From NCBI GenBank assembly GCA_036493815.1, contig DASXPC010000221.1, positions 11,174 to 75,173 on the forward strand: DNA of 64,000 nt, in the 5' to 3' direction. Shown here one piece after another: positions 32,227-41,400 of the stretch; positions within the stretch are counted from its first letter, which is position 1, and every line of letters starts with the position of its first letter. The notes beneath the pieces are model-generated. The model was given only the letters and a program-made list of their open reading frames with translations, searched no databases and was not told where the DNA came from. Position numbers and translations under genes: made by a program. This DNA is from Fimbriiglobus sp. (GTDB lineage: Bacteria; Planctomycetota; Planctomycetia; Gemmatales; Gemmataceae).

Positions 32227-35211
32227 ATGGCCCGATGCCCGCTTTATCGCGTTAGCCCCGGTGCGTCCCCCGTCGAAGCAATGCAGCCATTGTCCTGTTC
32301 CGTTCCCGACGGATCGACGCTACGGATCGACTCGGAAGAAAAATTGGTCGAATTTGCATTCCGGTCCGATCCGACGGCCATGCCGCTCGACGAAATCCGC
32401 CGTCGCATTCTCATCGGGCAGGCTATTGAAGATGTGGGGAAGAGCTGGAAATACTTCGGTCGGATTGGCGACACCCGCGGATTTGTGGACCGGGCAGCCG
32501 GTACGATTGACGATCTGAAGCGATTGGGATTTTCCGGACATATGCCGAAGGTCGAAGGCCGCCTCGCGGACGTCGGGCGGCTCTTCGCCGCCTTCGAGAA
32601 ACGGCGACTGGCAACTGGACTAAACAGCCCGGAGGATCAACTCCTGCGGGCTGCCGCCGTTTGGAGGAGCGACAAACCTATTGCGTTCAAAGACCTCCGA
32701 GTCGTCGTAGTTGAACGTTTTGTGGACTTCTCCGAACCGCAAAAAAAACTGATCGAAGCCATCTCGAATCGCGTGGATATCGTGGCCGTGTCGCTTCCTG
32801 CTGAGGGCGACCCGGCCTTGGCCGGGTGGGTTCGAAACCTGGGGCCGGGCGAAGATATTGACATTGTGCATGTCGGCGATTCAGCTGCCGTCGAGTTGAT
32901 GGAGGCACCCGGGCACATCGGCGAAGCGAGAATGGTGGCCCGCCGGATTCGGAAATTGCAGGCATCGGGCACGTCCCCCGGTGACATCGTCGTGACCGCC
33001 AGAGACTGGGAAACCTCGGCCGACATGTTCGCCGAAGTGTTCGACGAGTACGCGATTCCGGTGCACGGGTTCCCTGCAACGCCACTGGGTCGCGCCCCAG
33101 CCGTTGCGTTTTTCCTGCAGGCTTGGCGTGTTCCGTCACGCGGGTTTTCTTTTTCCGATGTAGCCGCGATCCTGAGGTCCATTTTTTTTCGCCTTCCGGG
33201 TTTCGACCCTGACCTGCCGTTGAAAGCCGAGACATTACTGCGGAAGATCGGCGGACCCGACGGCAAGGAGAACTTCCTGCGTTCGGTCGACCGGTGGGCC
33301 GAGTCGCCGCCGTTGCCACTGGAAGACGAAACCGCGGAGGCGGGAACGCGGCGGCGGACGCACGAGTTGGCAAGGACGTGCAGGCCCTTTTTGAATTCGT
33401 TCTTCGCTTTGTGGGACGGAATCCCCTCTAACGCGAAACCGGAAAAATGGGTCGAGCGGATCCGAAAATTCGCACGGGTTTGCGGTCTCGAAACAAACGC
33501 GAATCCGAACGATACGTCTGCGATCGACGTGCTGTGGGAAGGCCTCGCCGCTTGGTCCGGAACGGCGTCCCCCGTGAAGCCCCTGCCGGCCGCTGCACTG
33601 ACTTCGGCGCTCGACGCCATCACTTCCGCCGCAACCGTACCCGTAGCCCCGCCTGCCGAACCGGCCGTTCGCATCCTCACCGCGGAGAATGCCCGCTTCG
33701 CCGACTGCGACTACCTCTTCCTCACCGGCCTGGAAGAAGGTTTGTTCCCCAACCTCGCCCCACCCGAGTCGCTGTTGACCGATGCGGATCGGGTTTTTCT
33801 TCGCGGGGCCGGATTGTCGATTCCAGACCCCGCCGACCGACGCCCGGCCGAGCAGGCGTTGTTCAACGACCTGCTGGCTCGCCCGCGGTTGCGGCTCGTT
33901 TTGAGTTATCCTGCCGTGGACGAAAAGGGACGGGAAAAATTGCCGAGTTCGTTCCTTGCGGAATGGCGCGAGCAAAACCCGGACGTCGAAACCAAAAAGC
34001 AAATGATGTTGATTCAGGATTACGCGGCAGGAGAAATCTATTCCGACGCGGAGCGGCGAGTTCGGTACGCCAACTCTCTGGTGCGGGGAATTACCGACAA
34101 AAGTGAAACCGGATTGCCGGTACCGGTTGTTGAGAATTTGAAGCGAGTTCAACAAATCGCCAGAGCCCGGTTCGACGGAAAGGCGTTCGGCCGATTCGAC
34201 GGGGGAATCCGTCCCGAATTCCTGAACGCGAACCTCGACCTCCTCGGCCGGGGCCACGTGTTCGAACCGGGTCACGTATTCAGTCCGTCCGGGCTGGAAA
34301 CCTACGTCGCCTGTCCATTCCGTTTCTGGCTCGAACGCGTTCTGGGCGTCGCACCGTTGGACGACCCGCCGGACGCTGTCGAAAGGACCCGTCACGGTTC
34401 GGCGATCCATCGGGCGATGGCCAGATACCATTTGGCCGGTCCCAGTCCGGACGATCCAAAATCCGTCGCGTCGGGTGTTCGCAGTCAGTTCGACGCGGCC
34501 GTGGCCGAATATCAAGCCCGTTCGGGCGGGTCCGTCCCGGCGGCAATGTGGGATCTTGAACGATTGCGACTGCACCGGACCGCCAACCGATACCCCGAAC
34601 AGTGGCAATCGTTCCGGGCGAAGGAATCGAAGACCGGTCCGACTCCTGTTCCCCGTTTATTCGAAGCCACGTTCGGCCTGACGTCGACCGATGAGCGTCC
34701 GAGTGGGCCTCCGCTTGTCCTTTCGTTGAACGGGTTGGAGGTACGCATCGGCGGCACCGTGGACCGCATCGACACGGCCGACGTGCCCGACGGCCTCGGC
34801 TTCTGGATCGTCGACTACAAATCTGGTCGGGGTTCTTACTACACCGGCACCGCCGTCGCCAACCTCGATGCCCTGCAACTCCCGCTCTATGCCCTGGCCG
34901 CGGAACGCGTGCTCTTCCCCGGCCAGCCTGCCCGACTCCTCGGTCTGGCCTACTGGCTCGTCTCCCACACGGGATCGAAATCCGTCCTACCGAAAATGGC
35001 ATGGGACCAATTCCGCAACCAACTCGAACGGTGGGTAGTAGATCTTGTGACGTACATTCGCCGGGGGGCATTTCCCCTCGCCCCGCGGTCGAAGACGTGC
35101 ACCGCCACGTGCCCGCACGGTCCGGTCTGCCGAATCGCCCAGCATCGCAATTCGGGGAAACGGTTCGACCTCTCCCTGCCGATTGCAGACGGACCGGACG
35201 AGGTTGGGTAA
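32227..35211 (+). CDS. AddB-like PD-(D/E)XK helicase-nuclease subunit with Fe-S cluster cysteines
   Basis: The C-terminal nuclease domain shows ETYVACPFRFWLERVLG, DRIDTADV...IVDYKSGR and CTATCPHGPVC. The start is uncertain: ATG at 32227 or ATG at 32281 (MQPLS...). Confidence 0.75.
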   Translation: MARCPLYRVSPGASPVEAMQPLSCSVPDGSTLRIDSEEKLVEFAFRSDPTAMPLDEIRRRILIGQAIEDVGKSWKYFGRIGDTRGFVDRAAGTIDDLKRLGFSGHMPKVEGRLADVGRLFAAFEKRRLATGLNSPEDQLLRAAAVWRSDKPIAFKDLRVVVVERFVDFSEPQKKLIEAISNRVDIVAVSLPAEGDPALAGWVRNLGPGEDIDIVHVGDSAAVELMEAPGHIGEARMVARRIRKLQASGTSPGDIVVTARDWETSADMFAEVFDEYAIPVHGFPATPLGRAPAVAFFLQAWRVPSRGFSFSDVAAILRSIFFRLPGFDPDLPLKAETLLRKIGGPDGKENFLRSVDRWAESPPLPLEDETAEAGTRRRTHELARTCRPFLNSFFALWDGIPSNAKPEKWVERIRKFARVCGLETNANPNDTSAIDVLWEGLAAWSGTASPVKPLPAAALTSALDAITSAATVPVAPPAEPAVRILTAENARFADCDYLFLTGLEEGLFPNLAPPESLLTDADRVFLRGAGLSIPDPADRRPAEQALFNDLLARPRLRLVLSYPAVDEKGREKLPSSFLAEWREQNPDVETKKQMMLIQDYAAGEIYSDAERRVRYANSLVRGITDKSETGLPVPVVENLKRVQQIARARFDGKAFGRFDGGIRPEFLNANLDLLGRGHVFEPGHVFSPSGLETYVACPFRFWLERVLGVAPLDDPPDAVERTRHGSAIHRAMARYHLAGPSPDDPKSVASGVRSQFDAAVAEYQARSGGSVPAAMWDLERLRLHRTANRYPEQWQSFRAKESKTGPTPVPRLFEATFGLTSTDERPSGPPLVLSLNGLEVRIGGTVDRIDTADVPDGLGFWIVDYKSGRGSYYTGTAVANLDALQLPLYALAAERVLFPGQPARLLGLAYWLVSHTGSKSVLPKMAWDQFRNQLERWVVDLVTYIRRGAFPLAPRSKTCTATCPHGPVCRIAQHRNSGKRFDLSLPIADGPDEVG

Positions 35212-35271
35212 GACTTGCAAACGCCGGTCTGCGCGGTCATGATATCATTCCCGCCGAAAGAGCCCGTCACC

Positions 35272-36639
35272 ATGCCCGAATTTCCTTCCGGATGCCGCGA
35301 TTTCCAACAACACTTGCCAAATCGGCGGTGTGCGATTCGGGTAGGAGCCGCGGGTCTTGCGGGGCTGACGTTGTCGAGTCTGCTGCGTGCCGAAGGAAAA
35401 AGATCGAAACGAAAGGCGACCGCCAAGAGTGTCATCCTGCTTTTCCAGTTCGGCGGGGCGAGCCACATTGACACGTTCGACCCGAAACCGGACGCGGCGG
35501 CCGAAATCCGCGGCGAGTTCAAGACTATTAAGACGAGGACGGCGGGGCTGCTCCTTTCCGAACACCTTCCGAAACTCGCCGCCCGGTCCGACAAGTTCGC
35601 CGTGATCCGCAGCGTCTCGCACAATCGGGCGAACCACAACCCCGGGGCGTACTACTCGCTCGTCGGCCGGGAACCGCTTACCGATTTCGTGACGGCAAAC
35701 GCCGCGGCCACCGACTTTCCCCATCCCGGCAGTGTGGTCGATTACCTCGTTCCCGGGCCGAAAGACGTTCCGGCGTCGGTCGCCCTTCCGACCATGATTG
35801 CCGACGGGCCGTTCCGAACGCCGGGCGAGTTCGCCGGCTTCCTCGGCAAGCAGTACGACCCCCTCTGGGTTCTGGCCGACCCTAACCGGAAAGGGTTTAA
35901 GGTCACCGAACTGACGCTGCCTGATGGAATCGATGTCAAACGGATCGCCAACCGCGACGCGATCCGATCCGACCTGGCGAAGTTGTCGTCCCTCGCGGAA
36001 AAATCGGCCGCGGCGAAGGGCCTGGCCGATTATCAGGCCCGGGCCGTCGACCTCCTCACCTCGCCGAAAACGCGGGCGGCGTTCGACATTTCGGCGGAGT
36101 CCCCGGCCACGAGGGACAAGTACGGCCGCAATACCTACGGCCAGAGCGTGCTCCTCGCCCGCCGGCTCGTCGAAGCGGGAGTCCGGTTCGTCACCGTCTA
36201 TTACTCCCCCGGCATCGGCGGCTGGGACACCCACAAGGACAACTTCAGAACGCTGAAGACCAGCCGACTGCCGCACACCGACGCCGCCCTCTCGGCCCTG
36301 CTCGAAGACCTTTCGGACCGCGGATTGCTGAACGAAACACTGGTCTACTGGACCGGCGATTTCGGGCGGACGCCGAAAGTCAACAAGGACGCCGGCCGAG
36401 ACCATTGGCCGCCGTGCCAGTCCGTTGTCATGGCCGGCGGCGGAATCAAGGGCGGCGTCACCTACGGCGCCTCCGACCCGACCGGAGCTTACCCGAAAGA
36501 CAACCCTCTTCGGCCCGACGACGTCACGGCCACCGTATTCCACGCCCTCGGCCTCGACCCGAAAACCGAAATCAAAGACCAACTCGCCCGCCCGATGCCC
36601 ATTTCCACCGGCGACCCGGTCGAAGACCTGTTCGCCTGA
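35272..36639 (+). CDS. DUF1501 domain protein (no adjacent DUF1553 partner)
   Basis: ATG at 35272. ILLFQFGGASHIDTFDPKP...GRDHW is the same family pattern as 17990-19375. Confidence 0.85.
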   Translation: MPEFPSGCRDFQQHLPNRRCAIRVGAAGLAGLTLSSLLRAEGKRSKRKATAKSVILLFQFGGASHIDTFDPKPDAAAEIRGEFKTIKTRTAGLLLSEHLPKLAARSDKFAVIRSVSHNRANHNPGAYYSLVGREPLTDFVTANAAATDFPHPGSVVDYLVPGPKDVPASVALPTMIADGPFRTPGEFAGFLGKQYDPLWVLADPNRKGFKVTELTLPDGIDVKRIANRDAIRSDLAKLSSLAEKSAAAKGLADYQARAVDLLTSPKTRAAFDISAESPATRDKYGRNTYGQSVLLARRLVEAGVRFVTVYYSPGIGGWDTHKDNFRTLKTSRLPHTDAALSALLEDLSDRGLLNETLVYWTGDFGRTPKVNKDAGRDHWPPCQSVVMAGGGIKGGVTYGASDPTGAYPKDNPLRPDDVTATVFHALGLDPKTEIKDQLARPMPISTGDPVEDLFA

Positions 36640-36722
36640 CGACGAATAAGCGTCCACAATTCGACGTTCGGAGGGAAGGGACGGTCTTCACCAACGACAT
36701 TTCCCCATCGGAGTGGAACCCC

Positions 36723-38183
36723 ATGAAGAAACCTGCACCGTTTCCGATTCTCGTCACATCGAATCGACGTCGGTTCCTGATCAAAGTACCCGCTTTCGCG
36801 GTTTGTGCGGCGTCCGCAATTGCCGCTCTCTTCCTGGAAACACCGGCGTATTCGGCCGACACCAAGCACCCGAACATCGTCGTGATGATGACCGACGATC
36901 AGCGGTTCGATTTCATGAGCTGTGCCGGGCACCCGTTCCTGCAAACGCCGAACATGGACCGGATCGCAAAGGAAGGCGTGCGATTTCGGAACATGTTCGT
37001 GACGAACTCGTTATGCGCCCCGAGTCGGGCGACGCTGATGACCGGCCTGTACAGCCACGCCAACGGGGTGAAAGACAACCTCGGTTCGACGCTCGATCCC
37101 GCCGTGACTTGGATGCCGGACCTGCTTCGGGCGGCGGGTTACGACGTGGCTTTTTGCGGCAAGTCGCACGTGCCGGGTAATTTTCGGCAGAAAAAGTGGG
37201 ACTACTACTTCGGGTTTCGCGGACAGGGGATTTACGTGAACCCCCGAATTGCCGAGAGCCAAGCGGACGGAACAATCGGTCCCGACCGCCAGTACCAGGG
37301 TTGGGTCGACGACGTGTTGACCGACCACGCGGTCGCGTGGATGAAACGGGACCGCGGGGAAAAGCCGTTCTGCTTGTTCCTGTTCTTCAAGTCGCCACAC
37401 CGGCGGTGGGTTCCTCCGGACCGGTACAAGGACAAATATGCCGACGTGAAGGTGGTGAAGCCGGCACTGTGGGACGACCCTGGTGTCGGCAAACCCCGGG
37501 CGTTTTTGCAGGCGGCGAACATGATCGGCCAGTACCCGGATACGAAGGATTTCGACGGCATGATCCGCGACTACAGCCGCTGCCTCACCGGGGTGGACGA
37601 CAACGTGGGTAAAGTGCTGAAAGCCCTGGAAGACAAGAAGTGCCTGGACGAGACGGCGATCCTTTACACGTCGGACAACGGGTTCTTCCTCGGCGAATGG
37701 CAGCGGTTCGACAAGCGATTCATGCACGAGCCGTCGATCCGGGTGCCCTTGTTACTGCGATACCCGCCGATGGTGAAGGCGGGCACCGAACGGAAGGAAA
37801 TGGTCCTGAACGTGGACATCGCCCCGACGCTATTGGCCCTTGCGGGGACAAAGTCGCCAACGCCGATGCACGGCCGAAGCCTGACCGACCTGTTTGCAAC
37901 CGGGAAAGCGCCCTGGCGGGACGCCTGGTACTACGAATATTTTGAGTTCCCGGACATCTCGCACAACGTGGTGAAGCATCGCGGCGTTCGGACGGAGAAA
38001 TACAAGTTCATCGATTACTACGAGCCGCCGTTCCCGAAATGGCGGGAGGAATTTGAACTTTACGACCTCGAAAAAGACCCCGAGGAGCGGGTGAACCTCT
38101 ACTCCCGGCCCGCCATGAAGCCGGTCGTCGAGAAATTGAAACTGCGGATGACGGAGTTGCGGAAGGACCTGGGGGAGAAGTAA
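36723..38183 (+). CDS. sulfatase (arylsulfatase family), secreted
   Basis: ATG at 36723 with a signal peptide. PNIVVMMTDDQR and the FGly motif CAPSRATLMTG are present. Confidence 0.9.
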   Translation: MKKPAPFPILVTSNRRRFLIKVPAFAVCAASAIAALFLETPAYSADTKHPNIVVMMTDDQRFDFMSCAGHPFLQTPNMDRIAKEGVRFRNMFVTNSLCAPSRATLMTGLYSHANGVKDNLGSTLDPAVTWMPDLLRAAGYDVAFCGKSHVPGNFRQKKWDYYFGFRGQGIYVNPRIAESQADGTIGPDRQYQGWVDDVLTDHAVAWMKRDRGEKPFCLFLFFKSPHRRWVPPDRYKDKYADVKVVKPALWDDPGVGKPRAFLQAANMIGQYPDTKDFDGMIRDYSRCLTGVDDNVGKVLKALEDKKCLDETAILYTSDNGFFLGEWQRFDKRFMHEPSIRVPLLLRYPPMVKAGTERKEMVLNVDIAPTLLALAGTKSPTPMHGRSLTDLFATGKAPWRDAWYYEYFEFPDISHNVVKHRGVRTEKYKFIDYYEPPFPKWREEFELYDLEKDPEERVNLYSRPAMKPVVEKLKLRMTELRKDLGEK

Positions 38184-38346
38184 GGGAGAAGAATGATGAA
38201 CCGGCGGCTTGTCTTCATCCCAACCCGGCAATTACGAAGTGTTACGGTTACCAGGATATTACTCCGCCATCCTGATAGTCTTCTGCAACCGGTTCAAAGA
38301 CTCCCGCCACAGCCCGAGGTTGCCACCAATTCCTTGGACCCTAACG

Positions 38347-38396
38347 AATCGGGAGTCAGTGACCGGAGGACTTCCTCCGGTCACTGACTCCCGATT
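38347..38396. terminator. 24-bp perfect inverted repeat between convergent genes (candidate bidirectional terminator)
   Basis: AATCGGGAGTCAGTGACCGGAGGA (38347-38370), then CT, then TCCTCCGGTCACTGACTCCCGATT (38373-38396). Confidence 0.55.
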
Positions 38397-38419
38397 TGAC
38401 AACAAACTCGCAGGCTTTT

Positions 38420-41400
38420 CTATTCGTCCTTGAATTTACTGAGAAGTTTCTTCAGTTCTTCGATCATCTTTTCCTTTACGCCTTCGTGTTCGTCGTCCTC
38501 GTCGCCGGTATCGACGGTGACTTCTTCGGACGAGGTGACCCCGGCCGGGAGGTTGGGGTCGTTTTCGACGGCGAATCCCTGGGAGTAATCCTTGCCGTCG
38601 ACGGTGAGGGTTACGCGGTAGCTGCCTGCGAGGATGACACCTCCTCGGCCGAAGCCTCCTCGGCCTCGGCCGCCGCCCCCGCCGAAGCCGCCTCGGCCCC
38701 CACGACCGCCCTGGTCGCCACCGATGGTGCCGCGGGCGAGCGTCCATTGCAGGTGGTGGAAGCCGGCCGTTTTCGGCGGCGTGACGAATTCGCAAACGAC
38801 CTTATTCGACACGTCGAAGATTTTCAGCGTCACGGTCTTTGCGGCGTCTTTCAGGAAGTAGTCGACGGCCGTGCCGCGGGGCGGGTTGGAGCCGACAAAC
38901 TTGCGGAGCGTTTCGGAATACGGCGATTCCCCGCCGGCGCCGATCCGCCACTTGACGGCCGGGGCAGGTGCGAACAACGTGGCATCCTCCTTGAACGTCT
39001 CGGGTTTCATCTGGCGGATGCTACTGATGTCGGCCACCCAGAGGCTGCGGCCGTGGGTCGCTATCACGATTTCTTCGGCCACCGTCGGCTGGGCGAACTC
39101 GTGCACCGCCACGGTCGGAAGGTTGTCGCCGAACTTCGTCCACGACGCGCCTTTATTCGCCGACACGAACGCCCCGAACTCGGTCCCGCAATAGAGCACC
39201 TGCGGGTTCTTGTAGTCTTCCCGAATGCAGCGGGTGGAACCGAATTCGGGCAAGTTGTGACTGATGTTTTTCCAACTCGCCCCGTAGTCGTCGGTGACCA
39301 GGATATAGGGTTTGTCGTCGTTACTGCGGTGGGCGTCGAGGGCGACGTAGCATTTGCCTTCCCGTTCCCGCGACGGTTCGAGGGCGGCGACGCACCGCGG
39401 GCCCGGTACGCCGGCCTTGTGAAGGTTTTCCGTGATGTTCTTCCAATTGAGGCCGCCGTCCCGGGTGACCCAGAGGTAGCCGTCGTCGGTGCCGACGTAG
39501 AGCAGGTCCGGGTTTTTCGGAGATTCGGCGAGAGCGGTTGCACTGCCGTTCTTGGTCCGGGTGATGTCGGGTGAAATCTTCTTAAGGGCGGACCCCTTCT
39601 CGATGGACCGGAAAACGTACTGGCCGGCCGAGTAGAAGATGCTCGAGTTGTGGCTGGAAAGGATGTATGGGGTATTCCAGTTGAAACGCAGGGCTTCGGT
39701 CCGGCCTCCGCCGGCTCCGCCGCGGCCCCCACCCCCACCTCCACCGGCTCCGCCGCGGCCACCGCCTCCAATCCCCGGCCGGGCTCCGCCCTGCTCGCCG
39801 GTACGGAGATTCCGACGTTGAATCGCACCGCCCTGACTTTCAGCGTAGATCAGGTCGGGGTCGTTCGGATCGACCCGGCAGACGAACCCGTCGCCGCCGT
39901 TGATGTAGATGGAATCTTCGTTGTACGGCCCGGTGCGGCGGAGGGTGGCCGACGGGAGGCCCCAACTGCCGTTGTCCTGGAGGCCGCCGTAGACGTGGTA
40001 GGGTCGTTTGTTGTCCACGGCGACATGGTAGAACTGGCCGATGGCGACGTGGTTGAGGTGGTCCCACGTGGCACCCCGATCGTATGTGCAATAGGTCCCA
40101 CCGTCGCAGCCGACGAGCATGTGTTTGGCGTTAGCGGGGTCGATCCAAAAGGCGTGCAGGTCGGCGTGCACGCCGCGGACAGGGGCCTGGGAAAAAGTTT
40201 TACCCGAGTCGGTAGTGCGGTAAAGGCCGGCCGAGTTCCCGCCGCCGTTTCCGGTGTCGGCCAGGACGTAGACGTTTTTCGAGTCGGTCGGGTCGACGCG
40301 GATTTGGCTGAAGTACATGGGCCTCGGGTTGAGGCTGTTGACGCGGGTCCAGGTGCTGCCGCTATCTTTGCTCATGAAGACGCCGCCGGTCTGGTAGCCG
40401 TCCTTGCCCTGTCGGTCCTGAACGTTCGGCCGTTGTCCGCCGAGCCCGAGTCCATTGGGCCGGGCCGGGTTCGCCCCACGTCCGCCACCGCCGCCGCCGA
40501 AAGGCAGTTGCAGCGGCGTTTCGACGAGGGCGAGTTCGAGAGTGGTTTCTTTTTCGCCTTGTTTGAACGTGATTTTCACTTTGTCACCGGCCTTCCGAGG
40601 ATCTTCGGACCGGGCGGTGACGCGAAGTTCTGTGAGAAGTTCGCGGAAATCTTCGACGGCGACTCCGTTCACTTTGGTGACAAGCGCGCCCGGCTTGATG
40701 CCGCCTTTTTCGACCGGACCACCCGCGGGGACTTTTTCGACCGTGACCGGTTCACCGAATCCGACGGCCGGCGTAAATCCGGGCATGAGGATGGTATTGG
40801 CTCCCTGGGCTCCGCCCCGTCCGCCGGCTCCGCCTCGTCCGCCGGCTCCACCACGCCCGCCGCCAGCCCCGCCCCGTCCGCCGCGGCCGCCTCCTTGAGC
40901 AGCCGCGGCCGCCTGGGCGTCTTCCGGACGTACGCCGAGAATCAGGTCGATGACCATGTCTTTACCGTCCCGCTTGATCGCCACCAGGACCTTGTCCCCG
41001 GGCTTCTTGGTTCGGACGTATTCCAGCATTTTGTCGTTGTCATCGAATTTCTTGCCGTCCACTGTAATGATGACGTCGCCGGCCTTGAACCCGGCCTTCT
41101 CGCTCGGCCCGCCCTCGGTGACCGACTCGATTTTGATGCCGACGTCTTTCACGTCCTCGGCCACGATACCCATGTAAATGGGCAGGTTTGCATTCCCCTT
41201 GCCGACGTCTTCAGTGTCGATGATGGCGTACACCACGCCCTTGGTTCGCAAAGAGAAATCGATGCCGATCCGGCCGGTTTTTACGGTCGGCAGTCCGTTC
41301 CCCTTGTTGTTCTTCACGTCGTTAATTTTCTTCCACGTCTTTCCGCCGTCGGTCGTCTTGAAGATGCCGCCGCCGGGTCCGTGGGATACGACGGGGCCGT

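Noticed and set aside
38630-40905. Repetitive GGC/CGG-rich DNA tracts that could be mistaken for tandem repeats or a CRISPR-like array
   Set aside because: They are in frame within the BNR/sortilin-like gene and encode Gly/Arg tracts. They show no repeat-spacer periodicity and no cas genes are nearby.
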